A stretch of DNA of 63,578 bases, filler included, from Bigelowiella natans CCMP2755 (lineage: Eukaryota > Protista > Cercozoa): the NCBI GenBank assembly GCA_000320545.1. It is 6 parts of 6 records of this genome, joined end to end, with 100 filler letters (N's around TTAATTAATTAA, not from the genome) between each part and the next. Parts side by side here need not be neighbours in the genome. Positions count along the whole stretch, not along the records: positions 25,931 to 55,799 come from ADNK01003507.1; positions 55,900 to 57,412 come from ADNK01003570.1; positions 57,513 to 59,289 come from ADNK01003387.1; positions 59,390 to 62,326 come from ADNK01001000.1; positions 62,427 to 63,578 come from ADNK01001468.1; 1 more part is not named here. One strand, given 5' to 3'. The stretch's first letter is position 1, and every line of letters begins with the position of its first letter. The notes below the pieces were generated by a model, which was given only the letters and a program-made list of their open reading frames with translations, was not told the DNA's origin and did no database searches. The position numbers and the translations under genes are program-made. Below are positions 51,362 through 63,578 of the stretch, piece after piece.

Positions 51362-54300
51362 TGCTGTGTCTGCAGCAAACGAGCCCGGTGTTTTCAAGGA
51401 AATACATACCGAAGCCCCCCCCTTCCCCTCTGAAGACCTCTCACACGGTTAATATGGACGTCATTCTGGCAACATCCCTCCGCTCAGATACACCGCATTC
51501 GGGGGATACTTGCATGGGAGATGAGGGTCAGAACGCTTGACAACTACTTTGAAGATAACTTCTGGACGTCGGAGGAGCAAGTCCTCGGATTCATCAGAGG
51601 TAATTCAATCATAAACAGAGGAGGCCGCGTCTGGAGAGCAAGCTCGATAGAGCACAACATCAAGTCCCTCGTCTCCCACATGCGCTGATTAGTCATTCAT
51701 TAAGATGGTTTTGGGTGGTTATTCTCTCCCCCCCCCCTCCCAACCCCTTCAAACCGACAGGGAAGTTGAGTCCGAAAGATCTGGCTCGCTTCAACGACCT
51801 CTATGCCATTCTCAACCTGAAACCTAAAGTCCTGCGCATTAAAAAGCTCCTCGCGGACCTCGGCATCAACGATATCGACTTAGAGGAGGACGTCAAGAAG
51901 CTCGAGATCACGTCCCAGGCCCAGCTCGTAGCGCACGTATGTAGGCGGCTGGCGGATCCCGTCAAGTTCAAAGCGCTCCTCGCGAAAAGCGAGAAGGGGA
52001 GTGCAGCCGAACAAAAGAGGGCGGAGTCGATGGTGGGGAGCTACTCAGAGCTGGTAACACAAGATAGCGAAAATATTTGACAGCGATCCGAATCCGCGCG
52101 AATATCCATCCATCGGAGTGTGTTACACCGGGGGACGGGGGGCGGGGGAGGGAATACACAATAGCAATATGATGTGTTATTTTTTGAGTCTCTGAAAGTC
52201 CGGTACTACCTCATCTGCCCTGAATCTATCTAAACGTCTTCCAGACGCCATAGGAGCAGCGTCTTTGCACATGCTCCTCGCGTTTTTGCTTCGGTGTTTC
52301 TCTTTTCCTTCGGCACCGCCGATGCGACTATCTTCCATGTATCCCTCCCCCCCCCCTTTCCCCCGTAAACTGAGCAGTCGTCACCATCCTCGAAAACAAC
52401 ACATGATCTAGATGGACGGTATATGGTCGGGATTTTGCAAGATAAGGCAGAGCGTAGGCATCAAGAGAGTCCTGGAGAATCTGAGGACGATCGCCACTTC
52501 CGTCCCATCGCTGGTATTGTTCTGTCAGGTGCTGTTCTCTGTGAATGGCGGCCGCCTGCTTATCCCGACCGCGGTGAGGGAGGACCGCAACTGCCGCCTC
52601 GCACGCCTTCTTTCCATAAAGCTCAGCGCGTTCTCTGACTCGTGGCTGATGCTTCGCTTCTTCCACGAGGAGCTCGACTACAAGCAGACAAGGCTGACCG
52701 AGTTCCGATGGGGGGGGGGGGGGGGGGGGGCGCTGTCAGCTGTCCTTCGATTCGTCCTGGATCACCTGCTTGATGAGCACGCTAGGGGAGTCGCACAGGC
52801 AGTCCAAGATCGTTGCCGAAAGCATGCCTCGGACGCCGTCGTCACCACCACTACTACTAGTAGTAATAATAATACGACTACCACTACGACTTCAGATGGC
52901 AACGCCATCATCGCCAACAGGAAGCAAGACAGTGCTGCGATAGCGAAGGAGGAGGAGGAGAAAAAGGAGGAGGAGGAGGTGGTGGTGGAGGAGGAGGAGG
53001 GGGGGGGGGAAAGTAAGGCGAGCGACAGCCGCCAGAAGGCCAAGCTGGTGATGGAGGGACGCTATAGCGACGATGGCGGCCCGCCCCTCTCAAAGATGCT
53101 CAGCCCGCGCGCCGCGGAAGCAATCGGCGATATGGTGTTCACGCTGGTCGTGGCTCAGGGGCTGCAGTGTGTGTCGATCTCGGAGCTGTGCGTAGACGAC
53201 CACCAAATAGAGGGCTTTACCATCCTCGTAAACGGCGAAGAGGAGAAGCTGCGCCACCTCGATCTCGATGAGGCCGAAGACCTCGACGTCCGCAGCGAGC
53301 TGCTCGCAAGGCATTGCGACATCGTGTACAAGCAGCTGGATCTGGGCGAGGGCGGGGAGGGAGGGGAGGCGGCGGCGGCGGCAGCAGTTTCATCCCCCGC
53401 AACGACACGGCCAAGGTTTCGAATGACCTATGGGGAGGTGGGAGAGGACCACTCTTGCGTGGTGTTTCTGGATGGCGACAGTCTCCTACTCGACGTGCTG
53501 GCCAACACCATCCCCCACCCCTCCCCCTCTTCCCGCCCCCTCCTCGATTGGTCGCACGGGGGGCAGTGGCTGCAAGTGGCGTACATGGTGGAGGAGCGAA
53601 TCGCCCGCATATCGAGGTCGGGAAGGAAAGCGACCGTGATCTTCTTTGAGCGCCTCGCGGAGGCCCTCTGGGTGCGCGACGACGCCAGACTGCTCCGGGA
53701 GACAATCAAGAGGCATCTCACCGACGCGCAGGCATCGTCAAACACCACCGTCCTCTCCTTCAACGACTGGCTCAACGACGAGGAGTGGGGGCGCTTCACG
53801 AAGGAAAAGCAGCCTGACATGATCGTTGTGATGAGCGCATCCGCTGCCACCGAATTGCTAGTCTCATCTGGTGGTGCGACGGCGGCAGCAGACACCCCAT
53901 CACCACCACCACCACCACCACCATCACGGCAGATCGTGGAGGGGAGGGGAGGGGGGGGGTCGGAGCCTGCGTGCGAAGAGAAAGGGGGAGGGGCGCAAGG
54001 AGAGGGGCCGGCGGACGCGAAGATTGACCGTGCGTGGGGCGGCCTGGAATTCGCAGCGCACGCGATGCGACATATGCCGCAAGAATTTCGAAAGACGCGG
54101 TGGTTTCCCCCCCTCGCGAAGCTGTTCCTTCTCACGAACGTCGTTGCGAAAAGCCTCCCGGTCTCCTTCAGGGCGCAGCAGCTCCCCGCAGCCATGACCA
54201 ACGAACCCATATTGGAGTTTCTCCACCACTTCTCAACCTCGGCTCTGCGGCTCCTCTCGCGGCGAGGAGGGGGGGGCGCGAGGGGGGAGGGGAAGGGCCG

Positions 54301-54947
54301 AGACAGGCAGGTTGGTGGTGCAGGGGGGAGGGGGGGCGGCGGCGGCGCGTGGAACGCCGACCTCATCGATGGCCGTCTATTTCACAAGATTGCGCTCATT
54401 CACTCTGTGAGCGAGCTCAAGTCCTTCAAGCAGATCGGCTCCTCCATGACTCCGGCGGCGCAGCGAAGTCTGACCGCGGCGGCGCGGGTTGCAATCGGGT
54501 CCGCGGCCCCGCCCTCCCCCTTCTTTCCCGTCGGAAATCTCTGGAAGATGCTGAGGAGCGAGGTCGGGGCGAGTAGCAGCAGCGATGTGAAGAAGGCGAT
54601 GAAGAAGGCATTGCAGTTCCTGGACGGGAAAGAAACCAAGGAACGCGGTCCCTGGCTGGCGTCCTTGAGCGCGACGCGAGAAGCTGCGACGAGTCGGTTA
54701 TTGAGGGAAAGTGCGGAGGAAGGAGCTGATGATCAGGATGCTGCTGCTGTGGTCGATGACATCGTGAAACAGCTTGTGCCGCTGCGAACGCGGAAGAGGA
54801 TGATGGTGAGGCCGCCATCGTTTTCTAGTGGTGGGAAGAACAGTGGTATTAAGAGCGGCGGAGACGGAATGCGACCCGAAATCTCCCCGCCGAAAGCTGC
54901 GCCGATGACGAAGTCGCCGCCGTCATCTTGCAGAGGTAGGCGGGCCT

Positions 54948-54997
<50 letters not shown>

Positions 54998-55330
54998 GTG
55001 AGTGTGAGTGAGTGTGTGAGTGTGTGTGTGGTGTGGGGGGGGGAGGGGGGTGCATCTTGTTTCTCGAAGAAAAAAGAGGTGAAGGGCGATAGAGAACGCC
55101 CTCCTCGCAGTAAAAGTAAACACGAGCGCCCCTCCCGTCCCCCCTCCCTTGGTTTGTGTATATCTGCCTTCCTCCGATTGACTGCCCATGATCGATCCCT
55201 CCCCCTCCCTCCTTGATGATGTCGCCACACATATAGACTACGTGCTGAAGAAAGGCATTGACGACATGTCGGCCTATAAGATACCCTCCCAGATTGTCGA
55301 CGATTTGCCCAAGGAGCACGCGAGGGTAAA
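50560..55330 (+). CDS. DDX60-like (Ski2-type) helicase gene, N-terminal part with PIN-like domain; helicase core not in this contig
   Basis: VFLDGDSLLL...LDWSHGGQWLQVAYMVEE...VIFFE...LW..RLLRETIKRHL...SFNDW..EEWGRF...PDMI and LAKLFLLTNVVAKSLPVSFRA, ADLIDGRLFH resemble the DDX60 N-terminal region; extra upstream exons at 50560-52080; contig ends at 55799. Confidence 0.7.
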
Positions 55331-55349
55331 ATCTCTCTCTCTCTCTCCC

Positions 55350-55395
<46 letters not shown>

Positions 55396-55799
55396 GTGCG
55401 CTGTTCTCCTCGTCGTTACTGCTGCGAGCATCGTCTGCCACCAGTCGCAAAGATGATGCTGTACCCATACTACTCCTCCATATATATATATATATATATA
55501 GAGATGCATCTTTGCAATTGTCATTCTAATGGAACAGTATATGATATTATATATATATATATTTATATTTATATATATAAAAAATTTCACGAAAAGGGAT
55601 GCATGTTCTTCCTTGGAGGGGGTGTGATTTGGGGTATTCTCTTACACATGTTGTAACGCAGGCATATCATCTTTAAGGATTTGCGGTACACAGTTGAAGT
55701 GGGGTCATAGTAACGGAAAGAATTGTAGAGGCCGAAGACTGATGTGGTTGCTAGTTTGTTCTGTATAGTATCTATTGTATATATATATATTTTATATGG

Positions 55800-55899
55800 N
55801 NNNNNNNNNNNNNNNNNNNNNNNNNNNNNNNNNNNNNNNNNNNTTAATTAATTAANNNNNNNNNNNNNNNNNNNNNNNNNNNNNNNNNNNNNNNNNNNN
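55800..55899. other. Assembly spacer
   Basis: N44-TTAATTAATTAA-N44. Confidence 0.97.
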
Positions 55900-56095
55900 G
55901 TGTGTGTGTGTCCAACAAAAGACCAAGGAAAAAAATTCGCCGGCCCCCTTCTTTAAGAACCAGTTGGGAAACCCCCCCACATAAAAGGGGGGGGAGGGCC
56001 CTTTTTTCCCCCAAAAAGTGCCAAGAGAATTTTTAAAACGGGGGGGGGGGGGAGGGGGGTGTTTCAAACGGCTGCTTTTTCCGAGCATCGTGCCG

Positions 56096-56128
<33 letters not shown>

Positions 56129-56255
56129 GTAAAGTACCCTATAGAAGGCATGTGTCGTTTGTTCTCTCTCAAGAGTGCGACTCTCTTACACGAATGTGTT
56201 GCGTGGGTATTACATGAGATATCTCGACTGAAGCGCGCGCGCGCGCGTTGTGTGC

Positions 56256-56292
<37 letters not shown>

Positions 56293-56384
56293 TGTGTGTG
56301 CGTGTGTGTTTTGAAGTTCTGAAAGAGACAGTAGTCAGCATCTTTTTGTTTGCACATGCATGTGTATTGATTGCTTTGTTTCGC

Positions 56385-56426
<42 letters not shown>

Positions 56427-56614
56427 GCACGGCATGATTCGAGGAGGACTACTACTGACCGAATAACCACAGCATCGCTGAGTGTCAGGTGTGCGACCGA
56501 CCAATATCCACCTTTTTTTGGCAGAGGAGGATAGAGAGAGAAGAGATGAAAAAGAGGAGAGAAGAAAAAAGAGAACAATTGGAGAAAGGAATAGCTGTCT
56601 GAGCACACAACCCA

Positions 56615-56655
<41 letters not shown>

Positions 56656-57412
56656 CGTACATGTGTTGTGTATATTCGCCTCCACCTCAAACCCCCCTCC
56701 CCCCCCCCCCCCCCTCTCCCTTTTCTTTTTTTTTTTTTTTTTCTTTTTTTTTTTCCTAAAGGGCAGAACAACAAATCCCAAAAGGGCCCTCAAAAAAAAC
56801 CCAAACACGTGACGTCCTGAATAACCCCCCCACCAGGACAAAAGTTAAGGGGGAAGGGGGGGGGGGGGGGGGGGGGATTGAGGAGATGGCTCGTTTTACT
56901 TCATTGTTTGTAATTACTATAAATAACAAATTTTACTAAGATATGCGTTGGGTGAGTGATCGAAAACCCAACGACCCCAACTTTATCCTGCATACCCCCT
57001 AAACTTCGCGTTCCAAATTTTAGAAGGGATCCTGGATTTCACAAATAATTTGCGCTTACTCTCAGTTCTTGACCATCCCAGAGATGAAGTACAAAATGGA
57101 TCAATGCCAAACAACAAGAATAGTTTATGTTAATACAGCCTGGAATTTTGGAAAATCGCTGATTTGGATTATCATGATCGTTTTCCAATGGCGATTACAC
57201 ACGCAACACAGTCCCGTGTGTTTTTGTGTACGAGTAAGATTACGTACTAAAATTGTACAACTGTTATTCACAATGCAAGTATTTGTTACGGCAGGGTACC
57301 TACCTTGCATCGTCGAAAGACAAAATATGATCCACCTAATTCCTCCATAAGCAGGCATATAATCAAACGCGGATCATCCATTATCTCCTTTCTTTTGCCA
57401 GACTGACAGTGC

Positions 57413-57512
57413 NNNNNNNNNNNNNNNNNNNNNNNNNNNNNNNNNNNNNNNNNNNNTTAATTAATTAANNNNNNNNNNNNNNNNNNNNNNNNNNNNNNNN
57501 NNNNNNNNNNNN
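57413..57512. other. Assembly spacer
   Basis: N44-TTAATTAATTAA-N44. Confidence 0.97.
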
Positions 57513-57548
57513 CCCCCCCCCCCCCCTCCCCCCTCCCTCGTTTCGGCA

Positions 57549-58101
57549 GGATGGACCATGCGGAAAAACGGCTGGCGCGGCTTCAAAGCAGCACGTTAGA
57601 GAGAGAGCGGGTACGTGCTCGTAGCCGCACGGTGTGCTGTTCAGACTGCTGCAGATGCTAATTTCTTATGTATTGCAGACCTCCCCCCCCCCCCCCCCCC
57701 TCCCCTTCCTTCCCTTCCAATCCCCGCACTCACATATTGCTGCATTCTCATCAGGTGCAGGCATCTAGGGTTATTACAATGCGACAGAAGAATGGACTCA
57801 TTTCCCTTCAGCTTAGCTTGAGCAGGTAGTGTGTGGCATTTTGCACGATCATACCCGCACCTTCCTCTTTATCATCATCATCATCATCATCATCGTCGTC
57901 GTCACCAACCATTTCTCCATGATTTCATCTCCAAACGTGTACGATGTGCCCCCTCCTCCTTTCGCATTTGTTCGATGCTGCTGTTTTCCTTTTCTTAACC
58001 CCCCCCCCCCCTTCTCCTTCAGGTTCTCAGCAGCGGCTCTAGGAGCAATGTTTGTTGGAATGTATGCAGCCGCCAGTCACGCAGAAGGCAATGTCTTCTA
58101 A
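57549..58101 (+). CDS. Fragment of a spliced gene (3' exons), unknown product
   Basis: Three AG/GT-bounded blocks (~57549-57610, ~57754-57825, ~58023 onward) separated by poly-C/SSR introns; no motif recognised. Confidence 0.3.
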
Positions 58102-58409
58102 TCCCGACGATGGCCTCATTTATCAATACGACCGTTGTATACCGTAGCAGCATGTAGCGTAACGAAGAAGCTGCAATGTGAGATTTCCAGCTTTTTATTT
58201 GTTCGCCGGTGCCGCGCGCGGCAAGGGTTTTAAATTTATCAATACGTTAATATCATCAAGTAGATCAGCTATATCGAAACGAACCCGCACACAATAGCTA
58301 GATAGCTGCTAGTCATTAGCGTTGTGTCTGGCTAGATTATCTAGCTACTAGCTGGCGCATGGGAGGAAATAAGCTGCTGCCTGTGTGGTAAATAATAGAC
58401 AGCATATAT

Positions 58410-58449
<40 letters not shown>

Positions 58450-59289
58450 TGTAAATGCATGCGCATCGATCATGTAACACCCCTGGAGCTACTATTAATG
58501 CTAGTCGTACGTACACTATAGCAGCATGACATGGAGCTGAACGATGGCATGCATGGTGTCCGCAAACAATGCATGCTAGCATGTGCCCTCTTGAGGCGGC
58601 TATATACGGCCTCCAATTGGCCTAGCTAGAGCGCATTAAACCTATTTACGCACTTATATACACTCAATGTTGTACTAATGAAACTTCGAGAAAGCTCCGC
58701 ACGTCAAGTACGTGCGACCCAATCCCCACCATTATTTAGTATAATACTTGCCTGTCTGCCGATGAATCCCGGTATTCATGCGCAAGCCTTTCATTGTTAG
58801 CGCTGCATCGATTACTGTCATCATTCTAGTGTTGCTATCTTGGTCAATGGCACCAGTTTTTATTAGCGGGAAAAAAAATGCTTTTTCAACTTAATTTCTT
58901 TCTTCAGAGCCCTCCTTTTTCTTGGCCGGGAAAATGGAATACTTCAGCCACCGCAAGTCAACGCCTCCAGCCTAACGATGGAAATCGTACGCCATAAATA
59001 AGAACTACGTCGTTGCGAAGAATAAAGCGTCGGCTGGCCTTCAGAAATAACTACGACGAAGGTCGATCGTACATTACTGCAATGCATTAACAAGAAAAGA
59101 ACAAGAAGATGGAGTGTTTTTGACTGCTACTTTGATGGGGATTCTTCTATCAGCCTTCATGCGGAGGAGCCTCGTTACCTTCAGTAATTCACGCATGACG
59201 ATGATGATACTTCATCTTGCACGCTGCATGAAGATCACTTCCAACAACCAAACCCGTACCTCAGGTTCCCCGACACAGCCACACCGTTC

Positions 59290-59389
59290 NNNNNNNNNNN
59301 NNNNNNNNNNNNNNNNNNNNNNNNNNNNNNNNNTTAATTAATTAANNNNNNNNNNNNNNNNNNNNNNNNNNNNNNNNNNNNNNNNNNNN
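59290..59389. other. Assembly spacer
   Basis: N44-TTAATTAATTAA-N44. Confidence 0.97.
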
Positions 59390-60036
59390 ACCTCAGTATC
59401 CTCGGGGATCTTCTCCCACGCGCTATTGGTGAAAGAGGTCGCTTTGAATCATGATGGCGACGAGGACGATATGATGATAATGATGATGGATTACAACAGA
59501 ACGAGGGCGGAGGAGTAGCAAGTACCATCATATGTACCGAAGACTAAAATACCAATCCTCTCGCCATCGAGCAAATCGGTCAATTGTGCGGGGAAGATAT
59601 TATTTTCTCTCCAAGCTGCCTCCTCACCTTCCTCCTTTCGACTTCCAGTCCCTCTACCCCCCCCCCCCCCCCCTTTTGCCCTCTCCCATCTACCCCTCTC
59701 TCTCTCAACCCACTGGACGGGATTTTCCCCCGATAGGCAAAAAAAAGGTGCTGATTGCTGCTATTACTACCGGCGGATATCAGGGCCTCTATCCATCATA
59801 AAGGGCCAGTTGTGAAAAGTCTAAGGGAATGAGAGCCCCCAGCACCGAAACAGGCAGAAAAGCGACGACGTCAGAGAATCGCATTCTTAGGACGGGGCGC
59901 CATGGAGATAGGTGCTCAGTGATGAAGGCGGCTGTTTGGAACGTTACTGTGGTTGATGTTCAAAGCTTCCCGGCCCCCCCCCCCCTCTTTCCGACAAGAG
60001 CGCGCCTTTCCTTATCCAATTTTTGTTTTTTTGTTT

Positions 60037-60080
<44 letters not shown>

Positions 60081-62054
60081 TTATATATTTAAAGGAAAAG
60101 GACCGGCGTCACTGGCGACCCGTAGAATTTGTAGCCCTCCACCTGCACACTCTCATCCTCAAGGTATCTTGATGATCGGGTCGAAGGGGGAGAGCAAGTA
60201 GCAGCATGGAGGGGAGGAGAGAGAACCGATAGTACCAAAAAAAAATATCATTTCAATATAAAATATATATTATATAATGTATATATTTATACATTTATAT
60301 GCTTCTGTTTGTGTGTGTGTGTGTGTGTAATATAGACACGCAAGAAGCAGTATCCCCCACATAAGTATATCCTCTTCCAATCTCTATATGAGTGAGCATA
60401 CATGAAAGCAGGCTCGTCGCTGTCTGCCTCGCCCTTGTTACTACTCTTTTCCTCCTGAGTCTTCTTCCTCCTCTTAGTTTTTCTCATTATGTTCGCGGCC
60501 TCTTCGCAGCCATTGGAATTTGCTCGGTAAAGCCTGACATTTATTTTCATGGTAATTTCAGTTAGAAAGAAGGGGCGGGGGGGGGGGGGGGGGTTAGAGG
60601 GGGGCGAGAAGTACTGGGAAGGCGAACTAAATCGAGCTCTACGAGATATAATCGGTAAGCAAGAACTCGTCCGTGTATAGCTAGAGACTATGGCTATACC
60701 AATCACGGAGAGAGAAAGGAGGGGGAATGGGGTGAAAGGGGAGGGGGCGGGGAAACCAGCACCTTGATGCGCGGTATGCTTTAGGATCTAAGGCCATATC
60801 GTGATTGCCTTTTTTTTTTTGGAATATAAAACAAATACGTTATTACAGTATTCGTCCAAGGGGAGGGCACATAATCATCTACCTGCTATAACAATCTTGT
60901 GCTTGTGCGGCATCGTAGCGAACCTATCCACACGCGCACGAGGAAGATCGCAAAAACTCACTATTATTATACGCAATGATAAGCACACTGCACTTGCGCG
61001 GAAGTCAGCATTTTTTTTAAGGTCCTAAACCTACATTGATTTCGCATGGTGGCGACGTTGCTTTGTGGAAACTAGAAATTACATAAATATTACACACATA
61101 ATACGTAATATAGCGTTCACTTACCATTCGGCAAATCGCTTGATTGAGCCAGTCTTCGTGCGCCCCGTCATCAATCCAACCGATGGAGGGTAATGTCATT
61201 CGAAATAGCAAGAAAAAGAGCGTGTCAGGCGGGCGCGAAACAGGCAATGGAAGACTAAATATAGAGAGAGCACGAGGCAGTGGCGGCCATTATCGGCCTC
61301 GCCAGAAAACAGCTTGAATGTGAGTTTTTAGGAGTGCATACGCGTTTTCTGTGTTTCTCGTACTATTTGTACTGCTACACTACTATTACTACTACTATTA
61401 CTGCGAGCATTACAGCAACGGCGCAACAACAACAACAACAATAACGACGACTCTAATATCAGTAAGTAGGATGTGCGTGTATGAGCACGCACAGATCCGT
61501 TCAAAGTGAAGTCGCCGCCGTGTATGAGTACATCTCCATCCGGGATGTTCCTGCATAGAGCACGCACACCGTCAAGGGAAGGGAGGGGGTTTTACACGCA
61601 CGCGCCGAAGAATGATACGACGATCAACGGCATCGTATGGTAACCATCGATCATCGTTGGAAGGAAAAGAATTCATCCTCTAGGATCTCTGGCCACCAAT
61701 ACCCTGTAGAGAAGCATACATGCAAGAAGACAGCACCTCCCGCCACCTCTCACCCCGTTTGGAACAACTCCTACCCAAACGCTACTACTATCTCTCGTAC
61801 TTGGCGTCTATTTTGAGGTGTTTCGTGTGTGTGTCAGAAATGCACACGACTCGGATGAACTTCTCACGGTCGTAGCTCGATCTATCCGAGCCCTCCGACA
61901 GCATCTCCGCCTCTGTGACAGGCTGGAATGGAAGAGGGGGAGGAGGAGGGGAAAGGGGGGAGGGGGAAGCAGCATGCTGATGGTGATGATGATAGTATTA
62001 ACGACGATGACACTATCTTCAATCAGTCAGTACGGCTGTGGAGCTGTGCGCGAC

Positions 62055-62092
<38 letters not shown>

Positions 62093-62310
62093 ATATATTC
62101 CTCCTATGGTGTTTCCACAGTACCTTCGCGATCTGTTTGACACTGATTCTCTGCCAATACGTCTCCGTCTTGAAGTATATTTTATCTGGGAGGAAGTAGT
62201 TAAAGCCTCTACTAGTCTTCTTGTAAGCTTTTGTAGCCTTTTTGTTTTCGTCGTAGAGCCTCTTAGCTTCTTTCGACTCCTCCTCGTTCTCCTTTGAGGC
62301 CAGTTCTTAA
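59390..62310 (-). CDS. MPPED1/2-like (239FB) calcineurin-like metallophosphoesterase, partial
   Basis: Spliced motifs: IRVVCISDTH (~61825-61855), IPDGDVLIHGGDFTLNG, IKRFAEW|FATMPHKHKIVIAG, YLEDESVQVEGYKFYGSPVTP, FHNWPFMMDRG, AWEKIPEDTE; cut at the 3' end by a spacer. Confidence 0.88.
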
Positions 62311-62326
62311 TTTTTTTTTTTTTAGT

Positions 62327-62426
62327 NNNNNNNNNNNNNNNNNNNNNNNNNNNNNNNNNNNNNNNNNNNNTTAATTAATTAANNNNNNNNNNNNNNNNNN
62401 NNNNNNNNNNNNNNNNNNNNNNNNNN
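62327..62426. other. Assembly spacer
   Basis: N44-TTAATTAATTAA-N44. Confidence 0.97.
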
Positions 62427-62436
62427 CCCCCCCCTC

Positions 62437-63130
62437 CGATTTCTCCCTGGCCTTTCGCACTGGCTCGTGCCGGACGTCTACTCACCCTCCTCCTCCTCCT
62501 CCTCTTCCTCGGTCTCAACTTCTGCCAGCAGGGGAGGAGAGGAGAGCTGCGGCGGGGAGATAAGCTTCTTCTCCTCCTATACGGAGGCGATAGAGCGTCT
62601 CGGGGGCAGCAGCGAGGATAGCTACGATGCTGCTCCTTCTGGTGCCCCGTCCAGCCATTCTGGCGAGATCTCTGGTGGCGATGATAAGAAGGAGAATAAG
62701 AGGAGGAGGAAGAAGAAGAAGACGAAGGGGAAGAAGCGGCGATTGCCCCCTTTCACACTGTTCCCCCCGTCCGCCGAGACCATCAGCTGCGGTGCCAGCA
62801 CCGGAAGTAGTGATGGGGACTTGAGCGCGAGGGAGGCCAAGAAGATAAGATCCCTGCTGCCCCTCTGTGCACGGTTTCTCCCAGATGAAACGCCGAGCGA
62901 GGTAGTGTTATCGTCATTGTCATTCACGGCGTGGGGTTGGCAAGGTGACAACTAGGCTGCCAATGCCCGTCCACTGCTTATCGCTCACCAACGACAAGCC
63001 AATCGGTGTCTGTGTTATGTATGTATATACACTTATGCAAATATGGATAAATGTGCCAGGACACCGGTGGCTTCTTCGTCGCTCTTCTTAAAAGAACTGG
63101 TGACTGCTTCTGATAGTAGCTGTAGGAGGC
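62437..63130 (+). CDS. NSUN2/Trm4-like RNA m5C methyltransferase, internal fragment
   Basis: RFLPGLSHWLVPD...TLFPP...LPLCARFLPDE, then exon DTGGFFVALLKR (~63060-63100), matching the PG(L/I)xxW...MFPP...CxRxLPH..TGGFFVAVL pattern of NSUN2/Trm4. Confidence 0.72.
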
Positions 63131-63578
63131 TGAGGCGGAGGGGGGGGGGGGGGGGGGGGAGAGGAAGATAAGATTGTACGTTTCCCGCACCCCGGAAATA
63201 ATACCTTCTCCGTTTCTTGGTCGGGATAATTATTTGTCTTGGGCTGTAGGGTGGGCCCGCTCCCCCCCCCCCCTGAAGATCCTATCCGGGAAAGCCTTGT
63301 ATTGCCTCACATCTAAACAAATTCCCCCCGCCCCCCCCCCCCCCCATCTACGCTTTTGGATGAATAGATTTCCAATACAAAAAAAGTGCCCTCCCCTTTT
63401 CCTGTTGAAACCCCTTTGTCCGCCTTTGTGGGCTTAGGTCCGTTATTTTGGTTGGCCCCGGGGAGAAAACCCCCCCATACCGGGAAAGTTCCCCCCCCCC
63501 CCCTTCCTTTTTCCCCCGCCCAATTTTTGTGCAAGTCCCCTCCGAATCTGGGGGGTTTTGCCCCCGCCGTTCTAGAGC

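Noticed and set aside
53217-54818. Long antisense and alternate-frame ORFs (e.g. 312 aa at 53428-54366)
   Set aside because: Shadow ORFs of the GC-rich DDX60-like exon.
25831-62426. Recurring palindromic TTAATTAATTAA flanked by Ns as a biological repeat or site
   Set aside because: Always exactly N44-12mer-N44; a standard six-frame stop linker between contigs. Adjacency across these spacers cannot be assumed.
63180-63578. Homopolymer-rich tracts near contig ends (also 25690-25830, 55900-56080, 56690-56880)
   Set aside because: Look like low-quality read tails after poly-G/C runs; ORFs there are not credible.

Overview
Intron-rich eukaryotic (protist-like; lineage not determinable with confidence) nuclear DNA made of six contigs joined by artificial 100-bp spacers (N44-TTAATTAATTAA-N44). 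Recognisable multi-exon genes: KOBITO1/GT2-like glycosyltransferase, zincless Fpg/MutM glycosylase, YhhN/TMEM86 lysoplasmalogenase-like protein, a TKL-type kinase pseudogene, an FLZ (FCS-like zinc finger) protein, a membrane-bound NRPS-like enzyme (FAAL-type A domain + carrier domain + Pls/PosA-type TM/hexapeptide C-terminus), Bud32/PRPK kinase, a myosin with IQ + calponin-homology tail, an intronless secreted orphan, a DDX60-like N-terminus, an MPPED-like metallophosphoesterase and an NSUN2/Trm4 fragment. The most striking unexplained signal is a set of sharply bounded 0.5-1.4 kb intergenic islands from which the dinucleotide TpA has been almost erased except inside CTAG (hand count for four islands: 28 TpA in about 3.3 kb, 22 of them CTAG), with abundant TG/CA and no loss of CpG. 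This suggests a context-specific, double-stranded A-to-G (T-to-C) hypermutation process, the mirror image of fungal RIP. Exon boundaries were read by eye and are approximate.
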